Positions 1-8,843 of a stretch of DNA of 64,000 bases are shown in pieces; position 1 is the stretch's first letter; each line of letters opens with the position of its first letter. The notes below the pieces were generated by a model. The model was not told where the DNA came from and searched no databases. It saw only the letters and a program-made list of their open reading frames with translations. The position numbers and the translations under genes are program-made. The DNA comes from an uncultured virus (IMG/VR IMGVR_UViG_3300018475_001996) (taxonomy: Duplodnaviria > Heunggongvirae > Uroviricota > Caudoviricetes), in the IMG/VR virus record IMGVR_UViG_3300018475_001996, positions 1 through 64,000 of that record. One strand, given 5' to 3'.

Positions 1-31
1 ATGAGTTGGTAGAGCAGTTGTTTATTTTTTA

Positions 32-102
32 CGCTTCCACCTGGACTCGAACCAAGAAATCCGGACTACTAAACCGGCATTTTACCATTGAATTATAGAA
101 GC
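32..102 (-). tRNA. tRNA-Thr(AGT), A34 anticodon, no encoded CCA
   Basis: Reverse complement folds as GCTTCTA/TGGAAGC acceptor, anticodon arm CCGGT-TTAGTAG-TCCGG, T arm CTTGG-TTCGAGT-CCAGG. Confidence 0.85.
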
Positions 103-110
103 TAAAAATT

Positions 111-180
111 TGGCGGGCCGTAAAACCTTTTGATTACCAATCAACTGCTCATCTGAGCTAAATAGGAACGACCTATGCCA
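111..180 (-). pseudogene. degenerate tRNA-Thr(GGT)-like element
   Basis: TAGCTCAGATGAGCA D-like arm, GTTGA-TTGGTAA-TCAAA anticodon arm and 3' CCA, but no T-loop and no good acceptor pairing. Confidence 0.5.
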
Positions 181-183
181 TTA

Positions 184-266
184 TCAGGGTAGCAGGATTC
201 GAACCTGCGATGTCACGAGGACGCTAGCTCCCGAAGCTAGTGGCAAACCAACCTGCCGCTACCCTG
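184..266 (-). tRNA. tRNA-Pro(CGG) with extended variable region
   Basis: CAGGGTA/TACCCTG acceptor, CTAGC-TTCGGGA-GCTAG anticodon arm, GCAGG-TTCGAAT-CCTGC T arm, ~15-nt variable region. Confidence 0.85.
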
Positions 267-280
267 TTTTAATTTGTTCG

Positions 281-353
281 TCAGAGTGGCTGGGCTCGAA
301 CCAGCGACCCCTCGCATCCTAGGCGAGCTCTCTACCAACTGAGTTACACTCTG
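281..353 (-). tRNA. tRNA-Pro(AGG), A34 anticodon
   Basis: CAGAGTG/CACTCTG acceptor, CTCGC-CTAGGAT-GCGAG anticodon arm, canonical D and T arms. Confidence 0.9.
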
Positions 354-1124
354 TTATTCAAACACATTTACCAAATTTTTATTTGGTAAAAAATGCTTAC
401 GTTTTTGTTCATCATGTTTACTATAGATTGGAATATATTTTTTAAACTTATTATGTAAAGCAATTTTAGATATTCCAAGTTCAATAGCCATATCTTCTAG
501 TTTGTTATAATTACCAGAATGATATTTATTCCATAACTTTTCAGCCAATATTTTTCCATTATCATGAAGTAATTTTATCCAAGCAGCTTTATTTATTGTT
601 ATACTATACTTACCAGATTTTTTTACTTTAATAATACTAGTTTCTCCATGAAAAAGATTTCGACCTTCAATCCAAAATGGTTCTAGTGGTTTTTCTTTAA
701 ACTTTTTAGATTCTCCAGTATTACGATTTGTATACCATTTAGTTCCAAATTGTGAATTTCTTTTTCCTGATTGGCTTATACTTGTTAATTTACTTATTGC
801 CGTAGAAAATTCAATTCTTAATTTTTCATAAACACGCGAATTAATATATCGTTTATGATTTTCATTAATACCTTGCATTCTCCATAATGCACATAACATT
901 TTATTTCTTTCAATAGTTCCTTTCTCATACATTTTAACAAGTAACCAATGACAGATAAAATGTTCTCTAGCAGTTAACTTAACAAGATTTTCTTTTTCGT
1001 TAGTTCCTCCTAATGATTTAGGTTGAATATGATGTTTTTCAAAATAACCTAAACTTCGCTTCCCATTTTCATTCTCCGTTTTTGCTTTTTCAATTATTTT
1101 ATAATATATGTTTTTGTAATTCAT
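354..1124 (-). mobile_element. free-standing HNH homing endonuclease inside tRNA array 1
   Basis: EKHHIQPKSLGGTNEKENLVKLTAREHFICHWLL HNH motif, NUMOD-like GKRNSQFGTKW, C-terminal HTH-like segment; flanked by tRNAs. Confidence 0.85.
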
Positions 1125-1179
1125 ATATTATATATAATTTTTCATTTCCCGAACTTGCAGAATACAAGTTAACAGTTAA

Positions 1180-1263
1180 CTGATAGGGTTGGATTCGAAC
1201 CAACGGCGGGCTTTCGCCAACGGCTTAACAGGCCGCCCCCTGCTACCACTCGGGTACCTACCA
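1180..1263 (-). tRNA. tRNA-Asn(GTT) with a long, class-II-like variable arm
   Basis: TGGTAGG/CCTATCA acceptor with G73, GCGGC-CTGTTAA-GCCGT anticodon arm, GGC-GAAA-GCC variable hairpin. Confidence 0.85.
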
Positions 1264-1272
1264 ATAATTTAG

Positions 1273-1352
1273 CTGACTACAACGGACTCGAACCAATATC
1301 TCTTCTCTATGCATCGAGAAGCGCTCTGACCAAAAAATTGAGCTAGTAGCCA
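1273..1352 (-). tRNA. tRNA-like element with aberrant anticodon loop (identity undetermined)
   Basis: TGGCTAC/GTAGTCA acceptor, D arm and TTCGAGT T-loop; anticodon arm CTTCTC-GATGCATA-GAGAAG is not a 5-bp/7-nt arm. Confidence 0.6.
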
Positions 1353-1392
1353 AAAATAAAAAATCCTGTAAGTTTTTATATCTTACAGGATT
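1352..1392 (-). terminator. intrinsic terminator (attenuator) directly upstream of tRNA array 1
   Basis: Perfect 11-bp stem AATCCTGTAAG/CTTACAGGATT followed by TTTTATTTTT. Confidence 0.85.
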
Positions 1393-1427
1393 CGTTTAAA
1401 TTCTCGTTTTATTCGATGAACCAAAAA

Positions 1428-1490
1428 CTAATCCTGTAGTACCTCAGGGTTATTCGGATTGACGGTATTTGTGTTCATCGTGAAAGTCAT
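1428..1490 (-). CDS. putative attenuator leader peptide MTFTMNTNTVNPNNPEVLQD (Thr/Asn/Pro-rich)
   Basis: 20-codon ORF after purine-rich AAGAGAGAA; its 3' end TACAGGATT is complementary to the terminator 5' arm. Confidence 0.8.
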   Translation of the reverse strand: MTFTMNTNTVNPNNPEVLQD

Positions 1491-1509
1491 TTTGTTTTCT
1501 CTCTTTTAA

Positions 1510-1591
1510 TATTATATATAAAAATTTTTTTGTTGTTTTTGCTTTTTGTTTTAACGTTGTTAAATATAGTAAAGTTTTTTCCTTTTGTAAA
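1510..1591 (-). promoter_or_regulatory. tandem promoters for array 1: TTTACA-17-TATATT and TATATATAAT
   Basis: -35 at 1586-1591, -10 at 1563-1568, TATATATAAT at ~1511-1520; same layout upstream of array 2. Confidence 0.7.
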
Positions 1592-1610
1592 CCCCTAAAA
1601 AGATTTTTTT

Positions 1611-2168
1611 TTAAAGGTCAGGTTGTCTTTCTGCTTCTTCTGCCATTTTCTCAAGTTTGTTATTCAGCAGGCCGAATACAAGACCCAATACGCCGCCGAT
1701 AAAATGTGCACCATGGCCGATACCATCGTTGGCATTGATATTGGAAAGTTCAGGAATGAGCTTCAAGAGAATAAGCACGATACAAGTAAACGAGATTCCA
1801 GTATTTTCCTTACAGAAACAGTGAAGCAGGATAAACATAAAACAAATATCCGACATACCGATTCCTGCAACGTTACGTAACGAACCAACGTAACTTGTTG
1901 CCAGGGTGGTCAAGATAATCATAATTACAGTTCTGATAATTCCGTAACGACGTTCGATTACCGGACCAAGCAAGGCGATAATGAAAATATTTGACATCCA
2001 ATGACTGGAAATATCAGCATGGACGAGGGTTGTAGTAATCCAAGTCCAGCTAAAATTTGAGGTCATTGTACATGCAGACTTCAATGCCGGAACAGCCGTA
2101 ATGATAAAGCTACTGATAATGAGGACTGCAGTGATAATTTCATTCTTGAAGAAGTTACTAATTTTCAT
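1611..2168 (-). CDS. rhomboid-family intramembrane serine protease
   Basis: Several TM segments, HxxxxHxxxN motif, GMS catalytic Ser, AHFIGG catalytic His. Confidence 0.8.
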   Translation of the reverse strand: MKISNFFKNEIITAVLIISSFIITAVPALKSACTMTSNFSWTWITTTLVHADISSHWMSNIFIIALLGPVIERRYGIIRTVIMIILTTLATSYVGSLRNVAGIGMSDICFMFILLHCFCKENTGISFTCIVLILLKLIPELSNINANDGIGHGAHFIGGVLGLVFGLLNNKLEKMAEEAERQPDL

Positions 2169-2220
2169 GACCTATAATATAGTAAAATAGGCCCAATTAG
2201 TAAATACTTTTTATTTAGTC

Positions 2221-2970
2221 TTACTTCCAAAAACAGTAAAGACACTGATGTTTACATCTGGCCGGCTTTACATTAAGAATCTGTTTCTTGGCCAGACACA
2301 TACAATCACCTCGTTGCTTATTTTCTGGTTGACCATATTCTGAAATATCTACGCCAAGTATAGTCAGGTCAGCATAACTTGCGCAACCGATTTGTGTAAC
2401 CAGGTTTGTACTGAACTTCTGTTCGGCACAGGATTCAAAAACAAATATGTCTTTGAAATTAGAAAGAGTATCTTCCACTTTCTGGAAATATTCATTAGAC
2501 GCAGTGAACGTATTCCAAGGAACTGTAATAGTAGAATTCTTAGAAATACGTTCCTTTACATGGTTATACATATCAATCATGGAAATACGGCAACGGACCT
2601 TTTTCTTTATACTGACTAGATATGATTTCCACAGATTCAATACATTTACAGTATTATTTAAGATGTCGTCATTGAACGGCATGATAGGATCTACTCTGAG
2701 AACATAATGAGAAATCGGAAAACCGCGTTCGATTAATTTCTTAAACTGTTCAAATTCATGTTCAGTAGATTTAACGTTTGGTTCAAGAACAGAATTTCCT
2801 TGTCCTGTAACAGTATGATGAAAAATTACCCTATCTTGGACGATGAGTAACTTTTCAATCATTTCATCGGAAAGTTCTTTAGAAATAATGATATTTGCTT
2901 CTAAGAGTTTTACTTCCCAATCAGAAACAAAACATGGGTCAAACGTTTCTGTTATTCCGATTTGTTTCAT
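2221..2970 (-). CDS. DUF1848-like protein (radical-SAM-related, C-terminal Cys cluster)
   Basis: LEPNV, LRVDPI, SCAE, QRGDCMC and CKHQCLYC motifs; likely start MKQIG. Confidence 0.65.
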   Translation of the reverse strand: MKQIGITETFDPCFVSDWEVKLLEANIIISKELSDEMIEKLLIVQDRVIFHHTVTGQGNSVLEPNVKSTEHEFEQFKKLIERGFPISHYVLRVDPIMPFNDDILNNTVNVLNLWKSYLVSIKKKVRCRISMIDMYNHVKERISKNSTITVPWNTFTASNEYFQKVEDTLSNFKDIFVFESCAEQKFSTNLVTQIGCASYADLTILGVDISEYGQPENKQRGDCMCLAKKQILNVKPARCKHQCLYCFWK

Positions 2971-2971
2971 T

Positions 2972-3415
2972 TTAATCCTTATAAAGCTGGTATTTCTTAC
3001 TAAGTTTATGGCTGATTTCATCCGACAACGGTTTAAACCAGATTCCTACGCGACAACGACCAACACCGTTTTCATCAGTAAATTCCGGAGTAAGTTCAGT
3101 CTTACATACATCGTCGATAAAACCATAATCAGTACCTTCAACAAGACCGAGTTCTTTAGCAATATCAACAACCTTCATCAAATGATTAAGGTTCTTTGCT
3201 TCACAAATAGTCTTCGTGAAGATACCGTTAATATAATCTGACATTATATCATTGTCGATAACTATCGATACCAAAGTACCGGGACCGTCATTAAATGGTC
3301 TGTTTCCAGATTTGATAAGATTCATCCAGTAACATTCTGCACAATGCCCTATCATGGCGGCCAGTTTACCACCTGTAAGATGTAAATCTTTTCGAATAAT
3401 AAATAAACGTCTCAT
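2972..3415 (-). CDS. pth2: peptidyl-tRNA hydrolase, Pth2 family
   Basis: IIRKDLHLTGGKLAAMIGH N-terminal signature, D..xTE motif. Confidence 0.8.
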   Translation of the reverse strand: MRRLFIIRKDLHLTGGKLAAMIGHCAECYWMNLIKSGNRPFNDGPGTLVSIVIDNDIMSDYINGIFTKTICEAKNLNHLMKVVDIAKELGLVEGTDYGFIDDVCKTELTPEFTDENGVGRCRVGIWFKPLSDEISHKLSKKYQLYKD

Positions 3416-3427
3416 ATTAAAACCACT

Positions 3428-3775
3428 TTACTTCACATAGTTTTGTGAAATTATCTTTTTAGTTGTTGAATATTGGAATACTTTGATTTGACTTGGGTCA
3501 TGTTTGTTATAAAACCTACAAGTGCTGCCAACGCCAAAAACAGTTTCTTCTTCCCAGTCTGCCGTAGGTAACAATGTACAGCGATTACCGCTATATTTAG
3601 GGCAAATCTGGTACATATCATACTTACTATCTTCATCAATCTTATAGTTGATATAATATGCGAGACCACCGTTCAATACGGCAATACCCAGAATTATAAT
3701 ATATATCGAACTATAATGACGAAAATGATCGCCAATAATATAAAACATATTTTTAAAACTATAACTCATAGCCAA
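3428..3775 (-). CDS. hypothetical membrane protein
   Basis: ORF in operon context with one TM segment. Confidence 0.55.
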   Translation of the reverse strand: MAMSYSFKNMFYIIGDHFRHYSSIYIIILGIAVLNGGLAYYINYKIDEDSKYDMYQICPKYSGNRCTLLPTADWEEETVFGVGSTCRFYNKHDPSQIKVFQYSTTKKIISQNYVK

Positions 3776-4134
3776 TCCTTTATAGCGTTAAGAAACTTGA
3801 TAAGTTCAGGCATAGAATAATATCTATCTTCGACATTCCCAATACAATAGGTATCAACACCGTTATCATATTGTTCGTTAATATTCCATGTATATTCAAA
3901 CGGATGGTCTTCATGAACAAATACAGAAATATCATAACCGTGTCCGAAATCAAGCTTTACGGCATTTGAATATACCTGAGAAATCTTTGTAGGAAACTCA
4001 AGTTCCAAACGTTTCTTAAGAGTATCGACATTTGGTTTCAGTCGTTCTCTTTCAGCCTGAAGCTCTTTACCGTATTCCTCGATAACTTCATCCATACGGC
4101 GCTTTTCTTCTTCTGTTAATAATATTTCTTGCAT
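3766..4134 (-). CDS. hypothetical protein
   Basis: ORF with RBS, tightly packed. Confidence 0.6.
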   Translation of the reverse strand: MQEILLTEEEKRRMDEVIEEYGKELQAERERLKPNVDTLKKRLELEFPTKISQVYSNAVKLDFGHGYDISVFVHEDHPFEYTWNINEQYDNGVDTYCIGNVEDRYYSMPELIKFLNAIKDWL

Positions 4135-4302
4135 TTGATTACCTTTTCAGTTGTTTAGGATCCTTCTTATCGAAATATTCCCAAATTTCGATATTAGATA
4201 GTTTTCGCTTAGTCTTGACATTTGTCTTATGCAACCACATAAAACAACGCAAGCGATTCAACTGGTGTTTTAACAGTTCAATTTCTTTATCTTTTTCATC
4301 CA

Positions 4303-5493
4303 TTAGAATGCAGCCTTGAAATTATAAACCGGCTTGATAATCTTTTCGATAGAACAAGTAGGTTCAATATTCAACATGATTTCTTCCATCGGCTTATAGG
4401 CCATAGGAGACTCATCGATAGTCGCAGAAGAAACACAAGAGGTAAAGATTCCCTTCATTGCTTCCTTATAATCCTTCATGGAAATAGAATTCTTGGCATC
4501 TGCACGAGTCATCAAACGACCGGCACCATGAGGAGCAGAATAGTTCTATTCCGGATTTCCCTTACCGACGCAAATCAAAGAACCATCACGCATATTCATC
4601 GGAATAATGACACGTTCGCCTTCCTGTGCAGAAATAGAACCCTTACGGAGAATCATATTCTTGAGGTCGATATAGTTATGGATAGTTTCAAATTTTTCTA
4701 CAACCTTGAATCCCATTTCCTTGACGATAACATCAAGCATGGCTGCACGGTTCATAACTGCAAACTGCTGGACAATTTCCATATCATGCAGATAACCTTC
4801 CATGTGCTCACCAGTCAAATAAGACAAATTCTTAGGAACGGAGAAATGGTCATAATCCTTCATGAGTTCCTTAATTTCTGCATCAGTCTTTCCTTGATTC
4901 TTATACTTAGCAATTTCGGCACCACGAATGGCTGTCAAATCAGCACAATCCTTGATTGCGATATTCTGCCAGTATTCACAAGTAGCTACGCCCAAATGGC
5001 GTGAACCGGAATGGATAACAACATAGAAAGCACCATCGTCGTCCTTATCTACTTCAATGAAATGGTTGCCTCCGCCGAGTGAACCTATAGATAAAAGCTC
5101 TTCACGGCGAACATCTGCAATAAGCTGTTCAAACTTTTCATCGAATTCATTACCGAAACGGTGACGGTTAGTACGATGTTCCTTACCGGACGGAATCTTT
5201 TCCTTGATAACCTTATCGAGCTTACCAAATTCGATAAACTTATCCTTGAGCTTTGCAACCAACATTCCGCAACCAATATCGACTCCAACAAGATTAGGAA
5301 CAACCTTATCCTTGATAGTCATAGTGGTTCCGACAGTACAATCCTTACCCGCATGCACGTCAGGCATGATAGCGACATTAACATCCCTTGCCCAACATTG
5401 ACACATCATATTCAAAATCTGTGAATATGCAGCATTATCGATGTTATCGGTAAAAACCTTAGCTGTATTATATTTTCCCTGTATATCTAACAT
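4303..5493 (-). CDS. rtcB: RtcB RNA ligase interrupted by one in-frame TAG (4546-4548)
   Basis: MPDVHAG, VGVDIGCG, GGGNHFIE, HSGSR, HNY and RKG motifs; frame continues GNPE*NYSAPHGAGR...DESPMAYK. Confidence 0.9.
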
Positions 5494-5502
5494 AAAAATT
5501 CC

Positions 5503-5748
5503 TTAAACTGGTGTGTCGTCATTAACAACTTTCTGAACTTTACCATGGAATGTACCAGGTGTAATATATTCAGATACAACGACATCCGTAATGAGTTCAT
5601 TATCAAATAAAAGCTGAATTTTTTCTTGAGTTACATCTTCAACAGTTTTTCCAAGAAAAAAATCAGGCATTTCTTTCATAGTTCTTTCAGAAACAAGCTT
5701 AAACTTCAAATGTTCCTTCAGAGCTACTTTCAATTCATCATTCTGCAT
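5503..5748 (-). CDS. hypothetical protein
   Basis: ORF with GAGG RBS. Confidence 0.55.
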   Translation of the reverse strand: MQNDELKVALKEHLKFKLVSERTMKEMPDFFLGKTVEDVTQEKIQLLFDNELITDVVVSEYITPGTFHGKVQKVVNDDTPV

Positions 5749-5757
5749 ATTTTTCCT

Positions 5758-6063
5758 CTATCTTGTCACTTTCGGTAAAAATGTCCAGAAAGCTACAGAA
5801 TCCCACGGTTCATGGTCAGAATCCTTATCATAACAGGTATCTTCTACCCAAGTCCAGTCAAAATGACCATCGTCATAATAGGCTCTACCTACTGCACGTA
5901 AATCATAGCTTCCGTCTTTATAAAGAACCCATAACATCTTACCCAACATATAGTCATGCGGTTCCTTATCTAAACTATACCAAGTCTGTCCAGGAGTATG
6001 AACAAACTTGGTATTTTCAGGTAAACTTTCTAATAATTTCTTATTGTCTTCAACGTAAGACAT
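5758..6063 (-). CDS. hypothetical protein
   Basis: ORF in operon. Confidence 0.55.
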   Translation of the reverse strand: MSYVEDNKKLLESLPENTKFVHTPGQTWYSLDKEPHDYMLGKMLWVLYKDGSYDLRAVGRAYYDDGHFDWTWVEDTCYDKDSDHEPWDSVAFWTFLPKVTR

Positions 6064-6325
6064 AATTCGTTATATTCCTAACAACCATACCGTCATTGCA
6101 TTTAAAGTTAGTTACATTGGTTACACCGACAGTAACTACTTCATGCTTTCCGATACAGACATGTTTAAACACTCCATTCGTAAAAATATCGAGACGTTCC
6201 TTGCCCATATCGGATTCCAAAAGTCCCTGTGGATGAACATCACATCCATTTAAGGAATAACCAATAACCACAAAAACAACACTGACTAAAACGATTTCGC
6301 CCAAAATTCTTAAAAACTTCTTCAT
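6050..6325 (-). CDS. hypothetical exported or lipoprotein-like protein
   Basis: N-terminal hydrophobic segment ending LNGC. Confidence 0.5.
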   Translation of the reverse strand: MKKFLRILGEIVLVSVVFVVIGYSLNGCDVHPQGLLESDMGKERLDIFTNGVFKHVCIGKHEVVTVGVTNVTNFKCNDGMVVRNITNYVLR

Positions 6326-6327
6326 CG

Positions 6328-7032
6328 TTAAGCCTTCTTAATCATTTCAAAAATATCTTCACACTTCTTGTTTTCCGCATCACGTGCTGCTTCAGCGTCA
6401 AGGCGTGCCTCGTTTTTTTCAAGCCAGTTCATATACGGTTCAACAACACGAATCGTATCATATTCATATTTTGCACCTTCATCCAGCTTAAACTGCTTAA
6501 GCACATAGTTCTTATATTCAGGCAAATACTTTAACGGACACTTAGCTTCAAGGAATTCAAAATAATCCTTAATTTCATTGGTCTTAATGCAATTACCAAA
6601 AACATAGTTAGTTTCACCGCGCTGTGTTGCAAGAGTCGGGTTAAATACAAAATCCTTATTCTTTCTATAGATTTCAATACAACGCTTGATTGAAGCTTCT
6701 GCCTTTTCAGTAATGCCGTTAATAATAGCAAGAGCACATTCCTTACCGTGATCAGTAAGCTTGTCGTCAATAAAAACCGTACCCGTAGTATTAAGCCAAT
6801 GGAAATCAGCCATCGGACGACCGACAATGAACTCACTAGTCTTATAATCCGGCTTATCCGCATCTACAGACTTAAACGTAAGTTCGTTCAATTCTTCAAA
6901 AATATCAGTACCCTTAATACGGACACATTCATTTTCTACGTCGTAATAGAAATTTTCCTTACGTTTCATATCTTCATTGAGAGATTCGAAAGTATGAAGA
7001 TTGTAAATTTTCTTTTTGAAGAAGTTAAACAT
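6328..7032 (-). CDS. hypothetical protein
   Basis: 234-aa ORF with AGGA RBS, downstream of a promoter. Confidence 0.65.
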   Translation of the reverse strand: MFNFFKKKIYNLHTFESLNEDMKRKENFYYDVENECVRIKGTDIFEELNELTFKSVDADKPDYKTSEFIVGRPMADFHWLNTTGTVFIDDKLTDHGKECALAIINGITEKAEASIKRCIEIYRKNKDFVFNPTLATQRGETNYVFGNCIKTNEIKDYFEFLEAKCPLKYLPEYKNYVLKQFKLDEGAKYEYDTIRVVEPYMNWLEKNEARLDAEAARDAENKKCEDIFEMIKKA

Positions 7033-7058
7033 GTGTTGTTCCTTTTGGTTATGTCCAT

Positions 7059-7095
7059 AATATAGAAAAAAGGGTGACTATTGTCAACCCTTTTT
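7059..7095 (-). promoter_or_regulatory. overlapping terminator hairpin and sigma70-like promoter (TTGACA-17-TATATT)
   Basis: Hairpin AAAAAGGGTTGAC-AATA-GTCACCCTTTTT contains the -35 box; module recurs many times. Confidence 0.7.
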
Positions 7096-7324
7096 CTCAA
7101 AGACACTTATGATTTCTTTATGAACAATATCAGATTCTACATTCAACCATGCCTTTACTTCGTTCAATACATTCATGATTTCTTCAGAACGTTCGCCGAA
7201 CTTATCTTTAACCATGGCATTATTAAAGTTCAAATAAGAAACAAGAGTATTTATGTAACCATTTATATTTTCAAACTGGCTAGGTACTCCCCAGCGATTT
7301 TTTCGTTTTTCTACCATAAATTAC

Positions 7325-7738
7325 CTAATCTTCGTCAATTAAATCTGTATACTTATCGGCCAAAGAATTGGGATCTTTAATTTCATCTTCTTCCTGTAAA
7401 ACGACCTTGAACTTGGAAGCAACTGGGTCATAGCCAAACTTTCGCTTGACTAACGATAACAAATGCTTTGCATAATGCATATTAGGAACTAGTATATCCT
7501 TTTCATCGTAAATACTGCCTACAGATTCCAATGCAATCACAGTAAAGTCATATTTTTTAGCCAGTTCTTCAGCATTATAATATACGCTTTTCCAATCCGG
7601 TTTAATCAGACCAAAGAATGACGGATCCTTCTTGTACTGTACAACATAATACGGTTCCTTTCCATGATGCATGTTTTTAAACCTGAAATCATCGTCATAC
7701 TTGGAAAGATAATCTACAGAAATAATCCTAAATTTCAT
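7325..7738 (-). CDS. hypothetical protein
   Basis: ORF in operon. Confidence 0.55.
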   Translation of the reverse strand: MKFRIISVDYLSKYDDDFRFKNMHHGKEPYYVVQYKKDPSFFGLIKPDWKSVYYNAEELAKKYDFTVIALESVGSIYDEKDILVPNMHYAKHLLSLVKRKFGYDPVASKFKVVLQEEDEIKDPNSLADKYTDLIDED

Positions 7739-7739
7739 T

Positions 7740-8177
7740 CTAGTTTCCTTCGAACTTTTGCTTCAGCTTAAGAAACAAATTATATTCTTTTTCAGCATCA
7801 GCTTTAGCTAACGCTTCTTCTTCTTGACGTTCACGCTCTTCTTCTTCGCGACGCTTCTGCTCCCAATATCCCTTATGCCACTTTTGGAATTCCTTAGTAG
7901 CTTCTTCAGTATTACCGTCAAGATACTTCAGGATAATAGAAGTAGGAACAGGAAAACAATAATCTTCTCCTTCTCCCATGATTACTTCTTCCACACAAAG
8001 TTCGGTTGTATTTTCGCCGTATTTCATGCTATTAAAATACCAACCGCCTCGGCAATCAGCAAAAAATGAATGTACCATTTGGCGCAATTCATTTTCGACG
8101 ACATTAACTCTAGCTTGGGCTTTGTTAGCTTCTTGAAGTGCTTCGTTATATTCATGAAGTTTTTCTTGACCGGTCAT
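7740..8177 (-). CDS. hypothetical protein (paralog-like to 38442..38843)
   Basis: GGAG RBS; C-terminal coiled segment EKEYNLFLKLKQKFEG resembles EERALYVKLREKYG. Confidence 0.6.
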   Translation of the reverse strand: MTGQEKLHEYNEALQEANKAQARVNVVENELRQMVHSFFADCRGGWYFNSMKYGENTTELCVEEVIMGEGEDYCFPVPTSIILKYLDGNTEEATKEFQKWHKGYWEQKRREEEERERQEEEALAKADAEKEYNLFLKLKQKFEGN

Positions 8178-8185
8178 ATTAACTC

Positions 8186-8680
8186 CTAAAACGGATTTTT
8201 TGCATTAAGAACAGTATCTTGAATATCAGCTACAAGAGCATCAAAACCAGAATATTCCTTCTGAATCTTCGGAAGCAACTGGTTATACGTGATTTTTCCA
8301 CTGAAAATATCCTTAATCTTCAGATACCAGATAACCTTGAAGCTCTTATCCGGTAAACGAACGCGAATCTTCAAGTCATCACGCGTCGTTTCATCCTTTT
8401 CCATATGTTCACAGATTTCGACAGTGGAATACTTCGCGAGTTCATCCTTAATAGTATTGAATTCAGTATCTGTAAATGCTACATCCTGAGATTCCGGCGT
8501 AAAGAGTTCAGTACGGTGCATAATACAATATGCATCCATATCAAGGTCCGGTTTCTTAGCTCGAAGCGCCTGCAAGCGGTTCCATTCACGCGTATTGACC
8601 TGTTCAGGATGAGCGTTTACTGCATCGACGATATTCTGATAAAGTTTGTCCCAATGTGCCTGACGTTCTGCTGAAGCCAT
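8186..8680 (-). CDS. hypothetical protein
   Basis: Likely start MASAERQ after AAAGGA. Confidence 0.6.
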   Translation of the reverse strand: MASAERQAHWDKLYQNIVDAVNAHPEQVNTREWNRLQALRAKKPDLDMDAYCIMHRTELFTPESQDVAFTDTEFNTIKDELAKYSTVEICEHMEKDETTRDDLKIRVRLPDKSFKVIWYLKIKDIFSGKITYNQLLPKIQKEYSGFDALVADIQDTVLNAKNPF

Positions 8681-8748
8681 AGTTTTTCCTTTTGTTAAAG
8701 TTTTTCTATAATATAATAAAAAGGTTGACATTCGTCAACCCTTTTTAG

Positions 8749-8837
8749 TGGACCCGACGAGATTCGAACTCGCGACCCATCGCTTAAAAGGCGATTGCTC
8801 TACGATGTTGCCATCTAACCAACTGAGCTACAGATCC
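8749..8837 (-). tRNA. tRNA-Lys(TTT) with a hairpin inserted in the D-loop
   Basis: ATCGC-CTTTTAA-GCGAT anticodon arm; D-loop contains GATG-GCAA-CATC. Confidence 0.85.
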
Positions 8838-8843
8838 ATATAA

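Noticed and set aside
1..22. Partial tRNA at the window edge (AGTTGGTAGAGC on plus; GCTCTAC... on minus)
   Set aside because: Too short to assign strand or identity; needs the adjacent sequence.
1352..1500. T-box riboswitch as the control element of the tRNA arrays
   Set aside because: No AGGGUGGNACCGCG T-box motif or stem I in either leader; a translated leader fits better.
4546..4548. Genome-wide TAG recoding
   Set aside because: TAG ends several apparently complete genes (for example nadE at 19419 and the radical SAM gene at 11259), and long genes are not fragmented; only rtcB is interrupted.
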